Assembly (NCBI GenBank): GCA_030295235.1
Contig: AP026180.1
Coordinates: forward strand, 62,001-126,000
Direction: 5' to 3'
Origin: Fistulifera solaris
Lineage: Eukaryota
Length of the DNA: 64,000 nt
This document shows, one piece after another, positions 27,798 through 40,745 of the stretch. The position numbers and the translations under genes are program-made. The notes beneath the pieces are model-generated. The model searched no databases. It saw only the letters and a list, made by a program, of their open reading frames with translations, and had not been told where the DNA came from. The stretch's first letter is position 1, and the number at the start of each line of letters is the position of its first letter.

Positions 27798-28905
27798 GCG
27801 AGTAGACAACGTACAAACTTGCGCACAAAAAGTAGAGATAGTAGCAGCAATATTCCTGGTAGTATGTGGTTTGATTAGCCATTCCAATATTACTTTATCA
27901 TTTTGTATCTAGATATGTAAGAGAAAACAATCTACCATTGAATCCCTTGGCGAGTCGAGCATGAATCTAAATGGCAAGCGCGTCGGGCAAAGAAAGCCAC
28001 GCATCTCTTTTTATTCGAATGGACTACCTCTCCACGCCCAACAAACTCATTATACGAGTCTTTAAAATGTGTATGTTTGCTCAATGCTTTTGAAATGGTG
28101 CAATGCTCATTAACGAAGAAAGAAAGGATAGGAAGTCATAAACGTAAAGCGAAAATACAAAGTGCACTAGAATCACTACAACTATTCTTCAGCACCGTAG
28201 ACTGACGCAAGTTGTTCCGCAAGTGAAGAGATCCTTGTTAAGATCATCCTAGACCTAGATATGTTAGCGCTACTATTTCAAGCAGATGCAAGTACCAAGT
28301 ACTTTAACCGCAGACCCGCTCTAGAATAATTCTTCCTATAAAATAGCTCATACGAAATTTTACTGGTAGTCAGTAGTCCGCTTTGATAAAAAAATCAGGA
28401 TACGGCGTCTTTTTGTTGAATGTCGGTGAAAGCCACCTTAGAAAGTGACGTCACTTCTGCTTCTACAGTACATCAAAGACTAAGAGGAATTTGAGTACCG
28501 GTTTGGACCATAGGGGAATTGGGAACTCGAAAGAACGTTGAGAGTACATGTCAAGCCATACAACGCGAAGTGACGTGGGTCCGTTTCTGTTGAAGATACC
28601 ATTTTCTTAGGCGTACGTATGTACTACTTTTCCACAGTCGTAGATGACATTTGACAACGTGTGACACCGCAGACTACAATGCAGCTCATACTCGATGCTT
28701 TGGCTCCGAAAAACAACATGAAAACGACTGGCCTGGGCCTGGGCCAGGCGATACTTGCGCCAAGCTTGCACGTGTAAAAAGGACCCCCATTTTGCTCCTT
28801 TTATTTTGAGAACATTGCTTTCTATTCAAGGGGCAGACGCATCAAGGATGCTTGCTAATTTGTGATCTTAGGTACAAATAAAAACTATCAGATGCTACGG
28901 TTACT

Positions 28906-30952
28906 ATGAAGCGATCCAGTGAAGAGGATTCGAACGACAGCTGCTCACGAAAAGAGGGGAAAACGGAGTCTCTTGTCGATTTGTTAAGTCAAGGCAGATG
29001 GGATGATGCATTACAAAATATTCGATCCAACCCGTCTTCCCTCGAAAATTCCCCGGACCCAACGCCTCTAGCCCTAGCCTGTCGATTGGGAGCTCCTTAC
29101 GAATGTATTTCTGCTTTGCTGGAAGCTTGTCCTAAACATCTTCGGCGCGTGTTAGACTCGAGAGGAACTCCTTTGCACGAAGCAATCGTTTGCGAAAATA
29201 CCGAAACGTCGGTAATCGAGCTTTTACTTCGAAAAGACGAAGAAATGGAAGGCGAACGATCAACTTTGCTGCAAGATGTCGATGGATTTACTCCTCTTCA
29301 CTTGTTAATTCGGAGGCGTTTTCAGACACACATACTTCAAGAGGGTACCAATTTATTGCAGATCTTGGAGATATTAGTTCGCTCTTGCCCGGATGCTGTC
29401 ATCGTTCCAGACAGAGGAGAATATGAGGAGCCTCCTCTTGTTTATGCGATCAAAGCGAACGTTTACGCTCCAGTTTTGGGTTTCGAGGATGATAATCGCG
29501 TTGAACGGCAAATTTATGAGATGGTCGACTGTATGCTCCGATACAACCCAGCTGCTGCTGGCCGTGTGTTTACAGGCTTTCGTGGACAGGTGAGTTTTGA
29601 GGGAAGATTTGTGGACTTTCTTTGTCGTAAATCTAAACAATGTTTTCTGCTCGCCAGTACACTGCTCTTCACTCGGCTGTCTTTCACGGGCGCTGCACTG
29701 ATACGATAGAGCTCATATTACGTGCTGAAGCTGCTTCCCTCACTTCACCCAATCAGCGAAGGGCTGCTTTGTTGCAAAACACTCAAGGAGAAATCCCCTT
29801 ACATTTTTGCGCGATGCGTAGCGAGCGGCCAAGAACGGTTGCAGTTATAGCCGATGCTGCTCCGGAAGGCGTACTCAAAAAGATTCATCTGGTCTGACGC
29901 CACTCCATTGGTTGTGGATTCGATTTGTCAGCACTTTGCTGACCTTGGAAGACGGAGGTCGCGGTACGAATGTTACGATTGCACTACCTTCGAGGCGTCC
30001 ATTGCCGCCCGTGGAGATCAGCCGTTACGCGGAGTTTGCAACGCTTGAGCAAGGAAATTTTGATGCGGACTCGCAGCTCATTAAGCGAATGGACCCATCT
30101 ATTGATTTTCTTCGCATGCGTCACATTCCGGTAGAAGTACTGGCTGATGCGGACTGCCTGAGGAGGGCAAGCCGTTCGGTTGAACTGTTACGCCGAATAC
30201 GTGACCACCACCTTGAAGCGATCCGCACGAATAGTGATGAAGTGAAAGAGTGGACAAGAGAGGAAGTTGTAACGGCATTCTTCTGGTCAAAGGTTGTATC
30301 GCTTTTACAAAGTGCTAACAAGGCCGCTGGTGTCTCTTTCGTCGGCGAGAGAAATCTTTTGCATATTGCTCTTAGTAGCAAGTGCTGCCCGTCGTGGGTA
30401 TGCTACATGGTGGCGCAAATGTACCCTGAAGAGCTGATGCTGAAGGATAGCAAAGGGAGGTTTCCTTTGCATTGTGCTGCTGGTCGGTCATGGGATCGCT
30501 GGGATTGGCCATGTCCAGAACCGTTGGGCGATGCGACTGCCACGAAATTGTTGTTGTTCGACTCACTCCGCATAATGAAGTGGGCACTCGATTTGACACC
30601 GCCAGAAGTATTGCACGTTGTTGACAACGATAACAGATTAGTGCTTCACCACATAATCGACACCTATGTCACTGCGAGCGCACTGATAAGTAGACCAATG
30701 CAAGATGATCCCTTCGACGATATGCTATTGCTGATCAGAAACATTGTACGCTTGAATCCTGATGCACTTCACTGCCGGGACGGAGTGACAATGCTGTATC
30801 CATTCCAACAATCAGCAACAAGAACAACAGCAGCGGCATCCCACCATTCTCAGCATCCGAGCATACTTCGATCCGATCTCCTTTCGGTCAGCTTAGCTTA
30901 CGAGTTACTCAGAGAAAGCCCCACCATTCTTGAAATCGCTCGGGGACATTAG
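28906..30952 (+). CDS. Ankyrin-repeat-like protein (diatom-type)
   Basis: TPLALAC, RGTPLHEAI, DGFTPLHLL, intron 29590..29657, YTALHSA, GEIPLHFCA, GRFPLHCAA, D..T.LYPF. Indel at the A-run ~29878. Confidence 0.8.
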
Positions 30953-31143
30953 ACACTATCTCATTGCGTTCCCCAAGATCTAAATTACATTTGACTTTCA
31001 ATCTCCGAGATGAAGCATGACAGCCTGTACATTATCACATGAAACATCTCGCTTCCTTGCCGCAAATATTTAAAGGGTAACCCAACTTCATTTTCTATAG
31101 ACAATGCTTTTGATCGATTTAGGTAGAAATGTCTGCATTGTAG

Positions 31144-32432
31144 CTACATGTGCATAAATCGAAACCGTTCTGGGGAACAAAACTCAAAATGCCATGCATC
31201 CAAGTTTTTACCAAGTGCAAAGTCGGCCATCATTGCTCCAAGAGCCGGAGTCATTTTGAAGCTACAAAAAGTGAGCAATGTTTGACGCGATATCAGATAC
31301 ACATATTTCATCAGCTTACCCATGGCCTGATAGTCCAGCAACGGCAAACACTCTCGAGTTTTCTCGGAGAGGCCCAATCAGGTAGTTAGAGTCAGGGGTC
31401 ATCGTATACAAGCATGGTAAAACCATTTTGAAAAGGGTCCCTTGAGCGCCTAAAAGAGATTGATTGTACGATAACAAAGAAGCCGACACCATTTCTTCCA
31501 ATTCTAAGCCAGACACGTGAATTGGATTATTGCTAGCGTCCTGCAATACATCTTCTCTGCCGTGTACTCCTACTTTGAGCCAGTGTTTGTGCCCGTGATC
31601 ATCCGAGTCACAAGGCAACCCGTAGAGGGGGAAAAGGCCACGCTGGCGTGTCCATCACCCATGTGGGCATGTTTTTATAACTATAAAGATTCGGGTCAGT
31701 TGCGCTCGATACGTCAATCCATGCGGATAGCTGTCGTAAAACTCTTAGATGTGGAGACCATGATGGCAAAAGTTGCCCAGCCCAGCCACCAGCGCTTATG
31801 AGCAAAGCCTTTGTCTGAATAGCTTCGTTCTCTCCGTCACCCGACCTCAGCAGAATTTCCACGTAGGATTCCAGTTCCTCATACGAAACAACTGTGGTTT
31901 CTTCTCTGATGCTTGTTTGACTGTGCTGTTCGGCCTCTTTCAATGCTGCATCAATTATGAGTTCTGGCCTCAAGATGCCGCCTCCGGGCTCATACAAGCC
32001 GACCAAAGGATGATTTGAGGTTGTATCATCGAAATTGAATTGAGGAAAACGATTTCGAAGGTTTGAGTTGCTCATAAATTCCACCGGTATTCCGTATTTT
32101 TCCGCAGAATCGTAGGACGCTTGCAGCCGCGGAGGCAGTGATCCATCGACATTTCCTGGTGCCATCAACAGCGTTCCACACTCCTGCATAAGGGAATCAC
32201 CACAGTAGTTTTCCAGCTGCTGAAACTGCTGGATGGAATATTCAATCCAGGGTACGTAGCTAGGATGCTCATAATACGCGCGTCGATAGATCCTTGTTTT
32301 GCCGTGTGAGCTGCCCCAAGTGTGCCCTTTTGAGAATCTTTCAATTCCCAACGATCGTGCTCCACCTTTAGCAAGTGCCCGCAAAGCGAAAGATCCTACT
32401 CCTCCCAGTCCGACAACTACTGCATCATACAT
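31144..32432 (-). CDS. Monomeric sarcosine oxidase / N-methyl-amino-acid oxidase (SolA/PIPOX family)
   Basis: YDAVVVGLGGVGS, GSSHGKTRIYRRAYYEHPSY, flavinylation Cys in PCLYTMTPD, GLSGHG, intron 31262..31319, FKMTPALG. Indel at ~31630. Confidence 0.9.
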
Positions 32433-32727
32433 TGCTTATTAATTGCGTCCTTTTGCTGCTGGTCGAGAAGAATGACGAGCCGCGAAAAACGAGAAACGCA
32501 AGATGCAAGCCAACACGGAACACGAAGAATGCGTGACACGCACCATAACCGAGTCATTATTTTGTCTCTGAAGCATAGTGTGGAATCCGGTATTGAATAG
32601 TCATTTTATTGTATCTGCAAAACAACATGATAAAAGCTAATGACCGGACTAAGGCATTTGATTGAAAAGCTAAAAAGACAGAGATATCTCCGAATTGCAA
32701 GCAACTTTAGGCGCAACTATAGATTCA

Positions 32728-33933
32728 TTATTGGTTAAAAAGACTTCTTTGCTTCGTGCTAGCATCGTGTAGCTTGATAAGAGCCTCTTTGATTTCTTTC
32801 ATGTGAGGTCTGTCGGCTAGTGATTCCGCCCAGCCACGTTTGAGGACGCGGCGCAAAATCGTTGGCCATGACCTCGGGATCGTAGGTCGTTCCCCCAGTA
32901 CAGCCACACATTCTTTCACTTGTGGACCCGCTAAGCCGTCATACGGTTTGCATAAAGCCATTAGCTCCCACAAAACGACGGCATAAGAGAAAACATCGCA
33001 CTTTACATTGTAGGGATGCTTGCGAATCACCTCCACCGCCATATACCTCGCAGTCCCTGTATTTCCGGCTAAATTAAAAGTCGAGTCAAGATTGCTCCCT
33101 GCTGGTAGTTCGACCGCTAAGCCGAAATCGAAGATCTTCAATGTTCCGTGGCAATCGTAGCCGACGTTACCAGGCTTCAAATCGCGATAAATGATCCTGT
33201 TTTCGTGGAGATATTCCAGCGCAGCAGCAATGTCGATTGCGCTTTGCAGTCGTTCTGAAAATAGTTGCATTCGAACGGTAGCCCGATTTGCTTTTAACAT
33301 GGAACCTTTGCTCTCCTTGGACCGTTCTCGCCAGGAGGCTATCTTTTTGCTCAAGGTCTCTTGTAATTTATCAAAGACCAAAAAGAATCCATCGGCTCGT
33401 CCGGTCTCGGCAAATCCGGCTACTCCAGCAGCCGACCATCCTCTTAATTCGATGACGTGTTCGTGTTTGAGTGCCGACAGAAAATGTGCTTCCATTACTA
33501 AATCCTTCGCACCCACAACGAGCTTCTTTGGCTCTAACGCCAACTTTGGGTTGAGATGTTTGATAATGTACGTCCGGTCTTTGTTGTCTCCGGCAGTTAA
33601 TTCATTGTCGTTGCGAAATGCCATGATTTCAAAGACGTGCGAAAAACCTCCGTAGGCAATCATTTCACCCACGTGAAGTTCCTCTCGTTCAAAGCGCGGC
33701 AAGTCATAGAGCCTACAGTTCGTCTGAACAAAGTGCGATTGTGCTAACACCTGCCCCACTCGCATTTCTGTTCGTTGTACTAAGCGTTCCGCAACATCAC
33801 CCGGCAAACATAGCTCATCGTAGCTATCATCGTCACCTGACATTCCTTTGCTATCTTGTGAATGTGCCGTAAGTGTCTCAAGTTTATTTACATTTAACTG
33901 TGCCCGTCGAACCAGAACAGGTGACAACGGCAT
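32728..33933 (-). CDS. Protein kinase, TKL-like diatom-expanded family (paralog A, intronless)
   Basis: GGFSHV, YIIK, EAHFLSALKHEHVIELRG, YRDLKPGNVG, DFGLA, TGTARYMAVE, DVFSY. Confidence 0.9.
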   Translation of the reverse strand: MPLSPVLVRRAQLNVNKLETLTAHSQDSKGMSGDDDSYDELCLPGDVAERLVQRTEMRVGQVLAQSHFVQTNCRLYDLPRFEREELHVGEMIAYGGFSHVFEIMAFRNDNELTAGDNKDRTYIIKHLNPKLALEPKKLVVGAKDLVMEAHFLSALKHEHVIELRGWSAAGVAGFAETGRADGFFLVFDKLQETLSKKIASWRERSKESKGSMLKANRATVRMQLFSERLQSAIDIAAALEYLHENRIIYRDLKPGNVGYDCHGTLKIFDFGLAVELPAGSNLDSTFNLAGNTGTARYMAVEVIRKHPYNVKCDVFSYAVVLWELMALCKPYDGLAGPQVKECVAVLGERPTIPRSWPTILRRVLKRGWAESLADRPHMKEIKEALIKLHDASTKQRSLFNQ

Positions 33934-34538
33934 GCTGAATTCAACACGCTGGTACGATTACGCTAACAAACACTGGAAGGAATGAATCAACGAACGTCTC
34001 TGTTGGTTATTAAAGTCTCTTGAAGGTGTTTGCTTTACGTGAAGATGGAGTTGCCCTCTCGTTCGGTCACCGTCAAATTGGCACCATGAAGCCTGCATGC
34101 GCGGGTCTACGGCGTTTTACCGCAGAAAATTTCCCCCAAAAAACAGAGTGACTTTTTGGCATCAATACGCGCACTATGTACAGAAACTTCTACAGTAACT
34201 ATCCCAAGGCGGTCACAATTCTCACAAAAGCTCATAATCTCCAACCGCTTTCTCAATTTCACGCAGAAACCCCGTCGGTACTATAAACATTATAGTATAG
34301 CAAAAGCTCCGCCGTTTCAGTCCCGATCTTCGGTCCCGATCTCCTTTGCCATGAACAAAACAAAAAACATAGACTAGCTCCGAGTCAAGAATAGAGGGGG
34401 AGTCGAGTCGTCATCCAACGCAAGCCGAGAAAAAGGAAGATGACGAACATGATGTGGTGAGCGAATCATACGAAGATACTTTCTTAGAATGCTTCGATAG
34501 AAGATTGCTTTAGACAGTGCAACGTTATATTTTGACTG

Positions 34539-35839
34539 CTACTCTAGTCTAGCTCGAATCGCCGAACGTTGCTGCATCCGGAACTTCTTTCCAGGAGAGA
34601 CATCGTCGCGTATCTTTTCTAATATCGTTTTGACTTTCATCATATCCGGCCGTTCGTGTAAATTTTGGCTCCAGCCTCGTTTGAGCAATTTTCGGAGCGC
34701 AAAGGGCCACGCCCACGGAATGACGGGCCGTGCACCTTCCAGTGAAACCATTTCTTTCACTTGAGCACCGGGAAGGCCGTTGTAAGGCTTGAGCATCGCA
34801 ACAACTTCCCAAAGAAGTATCGAGAATGAAAACACATCGGCTTTCAAATTATACGGCTCTCTTCGAATGACTTCCACTGCCATGTATCGCGGTGTTCCGG
34901 TGTTGCCACCGAGGTAGAAAGTTGCATCAGGGTTCTTTCTCGCTGGAAGTTCTATTGCCAAGCCGAAATCGAAGATCTTCAATGTCCCTTCGCAATCGTA
35001 GCCAACATTGCCTAAAGTGAAAGAAATGAGTCAAGTGCACACGCCAAGGATTAGCGAGAAATCATTGACTTACCGGGCTTCAAGTCGCGAAACAGTATTC
35101 TTTTGTCATGCATATACTCAAGTGCCGATGCTACATCGATTGCCGAATGGAGACGTTCGACAAAGAGCTCTGGGCTGCCAACGCATGCGGATTTCGGTAT
35201 CGATAATAGTCCTTTTGGTTTGGGAGCTTTGATGGATTCCTCGCGCCATTGGTGGATTCGTTGCCCAAGGGTGATTGTTAACTTGTCGTAGATCAAGAAG
35301 AAGCCGTCCGGTCGGCAGGTCTCGGCAAATCCAGAAACTCCAGCCGCCGAACATCCCCGTAGCTCAATGATGTTTCGGTGCGCCAAGGCGGAAACATAAT
35401 AGGCTTCCATCACAAGATCGCGGGCTCCGGTCGTGAGCTTTTTCGTCTCATGGGCAAGTCTTGGCGTCAGGCTTTTTATAACATATTTCTTTCCTCCTTC
35501 GACGGGAAGTTGGTGATGATTGTGGAACGAGGTGATGTCGCAAATGGCTGAAAAGCCGCCTAGCCCAACAACTTCACCAATATCAAAATCGCTTCTTTCA
35601 AACAGAGGAAGATCGTGTAGTCTGTGATTTCGTTTCAGATAAATTGTTTGGTTTAGCAGCTCCGATACTCTAAACTCTGTCTTGCGGACCAGTTCTCCCG
35701 CCTGTTCCGAGGGTATTGAATAATCATCCTCGATGGTAAAGCCAACCGTTGAATGTGCCGATGTTCTTTCGAGTGCTGTGCACTTCATGAGCAATCTTTC
35801 ATCTAGGCATGCTGTTGTGGGGGGTTGCAGGTTTGTCAT
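34539..35839 (-). CDS. Protein kinase, TKL-like diatom-expanded family (paralog B)
   Basis: GLGGFS, YVIK, FRDLKP, intron 35012..35073, GNVGYD, DFGLA, TGTPRYMAVE. Colinear with paralog A (SAAGV.GFAET.R.DGFFL). Confidence 0.9.
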
Positions 35840-36123
35840 GGCGTATTAAAAGGCTGATTCTTTCTATGAAATAGATTGCAGATGGATGTAAAGCGGTGTG
35901 AATGGGAAAAATGAGTTGGTTTTTTGCGTCCTTCGTCGGCATCAAAACGAGAACAAACGTTAAATAATCGTAAATCATCATCAATCATCGGAGAAGTTGC
36001 GGGATAAAAGTGTCTGTATTGTAGGGAACCCCGACATTTTAGCTCCACGAATATCCTCTATCCTCCATCTCTCTCTAGAGCCTCTAGAGAGCTAGAGCTA
36101 GCTAGAAGCTAGAGCGTTTAGCT

Positions 36124-36694
36124 TAGTGTTCGAAAAATACCGTTTTATTGAAATTGAAAAAAACCAAAACGGTTTTAAACCGTATTAAACCGGTTTTATC
36201 GTATTTTATGGTTTTATTCCGTATTATTCAAAACACCGTCATTACGTCCCTGTAGCTACAGCTACAGGAAGCTTTTCAAGAAGAAAAGCTTCCCAATTTG
36301 ATCTTTTATGCAATGAGATTATTTCCAATGTGATCAATTGATTGACCAGGTTAAAACATTCTTGGCTTACTTGAAGCTTAGCGAAAATAAAACATTAAGT
36401 TCTCTCAAAATTCATGTCTATTTACTGGCGTAACGAAACTGTGCAAGGAATATAAAACTCAACATTTAATCAAGACTGGTGATTGGTTATTGATCTGCTG
36501 CGCTCTGATAGTCCATTGCTTGGAAAAAGGCGTGCTAGGCTAAAAAAGATATCCACCGGAAACTTAAGGGTCTACGGCGTACAGACGTCTAACGAAAAAA
36601 ACCGTTTTTTTCAAAATCATAAAAACCAAAAACCGGTTTAGTACAGTATAGTACGGTTTTCTGTTTTTTGGTATTAATACGGTGTCGAACACTA
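36124..36694. mobile_element. hAT-type MITE (571 bp)
   Basis: Terminal inverted repeat TAGTGTTCGA/TCGAACACTA. Perfect 8-bp TSD GTTTAGCT at 36116-36123 and 36695-36702. Subterminal AAACCG/CGGTTT motifs, AT-rich, no ORF. Confidence 0.9.
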
Positions 36695-37062
36695 GTTTAG
36701 CTTCTACTTCATCTTACATGCATGCGAAGTGCAAGGCCCAAGGCCAAAAGCCACAGTCAAAGACATCGCTATGGGCCTTCTGACTTCTAAGTCCTAGGAA
36801 ATCTTTGGTCGTCAGACGTACAGTAGTCGTGATTCGTGATTGTTCTTCGTTGAAACGTATGGCATATAGTGTAAGGAACTGGCATTTTGGGTGTTGGGAG
36901 TCTATAGTCAAGAGTTAGGAGGTTTTTGCTTATTGCTTACCAGTACAATACAGTAGTGCTAATTGGTATTTGGTATTTGGTTGTTATGTGAAGCCCATAA
37001 TGACCGTGATGACCGTACTACTGTAGTAATGATAACAGGAAATGACCACAAAGGTTGAGACG

Positions 37063-37363
37063 TAGTGCTTGGAAAGGTTTGGGGCGAAACCGTTTTAAAC
37101 CGAATATTAACCACAAAATTATGAAATTGGTTGAAATTTCTTGAAACCGTTTCATTTTATTAAGTACCGGAGCGATCTTAGCGGTACCCAAATAGTACAT
37201 TTCGTCGGATTCGGCGTCATTGAACGTGCGAAAACGACGTTTCTTAGCTAGATCTACAGTGGCTGGAGGACATTAGAAGATGATGAAACGGTTTCAAAAC
37301 CGATTCGACCAAAAACCGGTTCAAAAATATTCGATTCAAATTTTCCGCTGTTTCCGAGCACTA
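37063..37363. mobile_element. hAT-type MITE (301 bp)
   Basis: TIR TAGTGCTTGGAAA / TTTCCGAGCACTA (one mismatch). Perfect 8-bp TSD TTGAGACG at 37055-37062 and 37364-37371. Subterminal AAACCG motifs. Confidence 0.9.
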
Positions 37364-37698
37364 TTGAGACGACTACCGACTACGTACTACGTATTGACAC
37401 CTCACACGTCACACTCACCACTCACCCCGCTCCCGACTCCCGACTCATCACTCATCACCGGTCATGAATCATCTAAAATGGCAAGCCCGCACAATAGAAG
37501 ATGAACAATGAGCTATGTTTATGTATGACGTTTGCATCTTTGAGTCACGACAAAAATACTCAATTTCGGTTTGACCGTAAAGCCGGGCTTGAAAACAAGA
37601 ATTTGTTTGCAAATCAAGCAAAGGCAGCGAGCTGTTAGATTTGGAACTCGCCGGTGTCCACGATAAGCTTCGTGCTAGCTATTGACTTCATCAACTAA

Positions 37699-38377
37699 TC
37701 ACGGCGATTGCTTGGGGAGCATTCCCAACTCAGCAAGGATTTCTTCCTCTTTGCCACCATGAGTTCGTAGTCTTCGTCATCTTCGTGATCGTATCCAACC
37801 AAGTGGAGCATGCCATGAATAAGCAACATATGAATCCGTTCTTCCGCGTCGTAGATTCGTGCCATAGCACCCGATACACCGCGTTCATCCTCTTCTTCTT
37901 CGTCATCACTGTCATCTAGCTGCTCATAATATTCCTTATCTTCCTGGCACCGACGCATCACATACGGGACATCCACCAGAAGATCACCTAGTTGATAGTA
38001 GTCCGGTATATCAAACTGAGGCGGCTCTAAAGTCCCCGGCTCGATGTACTCAGAAAATGGGAACGAAAGAATATCCGTTGGAGCATCGACGCCTCGTGAC
38101 TCTAAATTAATTTCTTGCATTTCCTCGTCCCCAATCAGTTCCAAGGACACTCCGTACGTTTCGTAGCCGATGTGCCTCCGGATTCGATTCAATGTTTCCA
38201 GTAAGCGAGCCTCGTCTATCTCTAGTACATTGGTCTGATCGTTTTGAAACAGTATCTTGCCCGGAATAGAAGAGCCCGGCTTGGATCCGTAGCAGCGAAT
38301 TTGTCTTCGTCCCCGACTGATGCAAGAGCGCACTGCAAAACCGGTTGACGATCGAATGAGGGCCAAAAGGAAATCAT
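37699..38377 (-). CDS. ybeY: YbeY rRNA-maturation endoribonuclease, organelle-targeted
   Basis: EMQEINLESRGVDAPTDILSFP, LGDLLV, HGMLHLVGYDH. Arg-rich presequence. Indels at ~38366 and ~37751 restore MISFLALIR... and ...AKEEEILAEL. Confidence 0.9.
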
Positions 38378-38594
38378 ATTAAACACATTGAGGGATTTGT
38401 TCACCAGCATTGTAACATTGAAAATCGATTCGGTGGATCTTTTTGTCGAAAGATTTTTGCAACGAATGTTTTCCTTGACATTTTTGTCTTGCGAAAAAGC
38501 GGATGGCTATATGATGGCTGAGACAGACTCGCGACCGAAACAAGACTGCATTGTATGTCTCACCAGTTTCGACCTCTCGAGTTCATGAAAAAAT

Positions 38595-38800
38595 GAGTCT
38601 CTTCGACGTAAGACAGATAGAAGTGTGATACAAACGCTGCTTAAACGACTATTGCATTGCAACAACGACAATGGAGCTCAAGATATTTTGCTAAACGAAG
38701 AAATAAATAGCAGGCAGCATTGTCGCTCGAAAGAAACCGAATTCATGACTAAAACCAGTCGTGGAAAAGTTGAGGTATGTAGTAACACTTTCGATAGTAA
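38595..38800 (+). repeat. Single degenerate unit of the 14.6-15.2 kb repeat (hairpin-core family, locus 3)
   Basis: tctcttcgacgtaaga...aaacgctgcttaa...cattgcaacaacgacaatggagctcaagatattttgct...caggcagcattgtcgctcgaaagaa...ttcatgactaaaaccagtcgtgg matches 14865-15040 and 15097-15165. Confidence 0.85.
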
Positions 38801-39307
38801 TGAGACAGACAGAAAAGCTGCTCATTGTTTCAAAAAAAAAATAGTCTTGACCTTTTGCAAGACTATTTTCTAATCTATGTCTCACCTGTTTCGACCTCCG
38901 ATTTCTTATATAAAATAACTTTAGTTATGATGCAGACGCTTAATGATGCAATCTTATTTGATCCAAACGATTGCTGAAAAGTCACTCCTAACGATCACGT
39001 TGTCGGCTGAAATGTGACTTGAAACAATATGATGGCGATGCCTAATAACGCGGCATAATCAGCTGCGATACCTTACAAATTGAATTGACTAAAAATAATA
39101 TTCTTGCGTCAAACAGCCGATTTTCCTTTCAGTGTCCAGCTTCAGAAGCAAAAGTGAGAGACAGAGAAGAGAGAAGTCCCGGCAAATTCTCGACAAAGTA
39201 CGTAGTATGCTAGTTGCGAATAGTTAGAAATGCTTCCTTTGAAACAAAAGAAAAGTTTGTCTGCACTGCCTTGTAACTACTTGATATCATTAGAATTTGC
39301 ATGAAAA

Positions 39308-40291
39308 TCACCTGACTCGAATTCCCGACTTTCCTTTCAACAACAGCTCCAAGCGTCCAGCGATCCGTGGAACCCACATTTTGTAGCCTTCCAGACTGGG
39401 ATGCATGGAGTCGACCATTCGATCATCTTGTATTCTCCCATCGGGAGTGATGAAGATATCTCCGCTGTCCATATAGGCACAAAATTTCATCAAATTACAT
39501 GTCTTCTTTAGTTCGGCATTGATCCAGAGCGAATTTTCCCATTGTTTCCCTAGCGTAAACCGATTTTCCAGTTCATTGTAATCGGGACCGCGGAACGGCT
39601 TTTGGTCATTGCACGGCAACAAGCCGTGAACGAGTATCATGGCATCGGGTTTTTGTCGATGCACCACGTGAATGACTTGCAGAATGCCGGCCAGTGTCGT
39701 GCGCTTGTTACAACCATCTCGTCCCATATTATTGGTACCCAGCAGTATGACAAAGGCTTTCGGTTGCATCGCCTCGGGCAGTAGTCCATTTTGTAAATGC
39801 CACAAGAAATGTCCTGTGGTATCCCCCGACGACCCCAAAATCAAACCTTTCATTCGGTCCGTTTGAAAATACTGATCAAAGACTCGTTTGTTGGCCAAAT
39901 ACGCCGGCTGATGACCATTCATTCGCGTTCCATTGAGTCTTTCGAAGATGGAATCCCCCAAGAAGACGACATCGAGAGGACTGGGCGCAGCGGCGGCGAC
40001 TTGTTTCATCCGCTGATGATGCGCCCGCCACACTTGTCGTTTGTACATGTACGCGGCCGCGGGATCTCGACACGAGCAGTGTGCTACTTGATAGCCATCG
40101 TCTTGACAAAGCAACGGATTGGGAGCCGCAATGAGGAGTGGGTCGGTGGAACGTTCGGGGTCTCGGGTGGTCGTGAGCGGATTGTTGCGGGGATGCTGGC
40201 CCAGTATGTATACAATTGCTACAAAGAGAATAGCAAATATATGTCGTTTTCCAAAGCTGGTAGACGGTGGTGGTAACGAAGGGCTTGTCAT
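39308..40291 (-). CDS. SGNH/GDSL hydrolase (PAF-acetylhydrolase IB-like), type II membrane
   Basis: N-terminal TM. Blocks VFLGDSI, LGSSGDTT..LW.L.NG, LLGTNN, DSMHP. Confidence 0.88.
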   Translation of the reverse strand: MTSPSLPPPSTSFGKRHIFAILFVAIVYILGQHPRNNPLTTTRDPERSTDPLLIAAPNPLLCQDDGYQVAHCSCRDPAAAYMYKRQVWRAHHQRMKQVAAAAPSPLDVVFLGDSIFERLNGTRMNGHQPAYLANKRVFDQYFQTDRMKGLILGSSGDTTGHFLWHLQNGLLPEAMQPKAFVILLGTNNMGRDGCNKRTTLAGILQVIHVVHRQKPDAMILVHGLLPCNDQKPFRGPDYNELENRFTLGKQWENSLWINAELKKTCNLMKFCAYMDSGDIFITPDGRIQDDRMVDSMHPSLEGYKMWVPRIAGRLELLLKGKSGIRVR

Positions 40292-40745
40292 GGTTTAATA
40301 TCGAATGAAGAATGAAAAAGGACGAACTGGAAGCTGGGAGCTGCGCGAAAAGTGAAAAAGACCGTCAAAATAAGCTAATATCTTAGCGTTACTAGTTCAT
40401 CATGCGACCACTGTCGCACCGTCGCACCTCCTTTCCACGAATGAAACCGCGAAACCATCGTCTTGGAGCCATGTACCCTTTGGTCGAGTGTAAATGCAAT
40501 GCGGTACTTCGAAATAGAACTCGTGTCGAGTCGACTCTTGAAATTGTGTACTGCGTTGGTATTTCGCGGCATTGGGCAAGACACGCAAACGGAAGCTGGC
40601 CCTTTTGTTCGTCGCCAAACGCCAAACGCGAAGATCCATTTTCTTTCGTCTCACAATAATACACTCGTGACAACCATCATCATTATTTTTTGATATTTCC
40701 TCTTTCTCTTTGTGAAGCATATTTCAACCTTTCTCTCCTATCAAC

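Noticed and set aside
28444..28580. TGACGT(CA) bZIP/aureochrome-like sites (also ~15226, ~51022, ~4249)
   Set aside because: Six- to eight-base motifs are expected by chance at this frequency, and there is no functional evidence.
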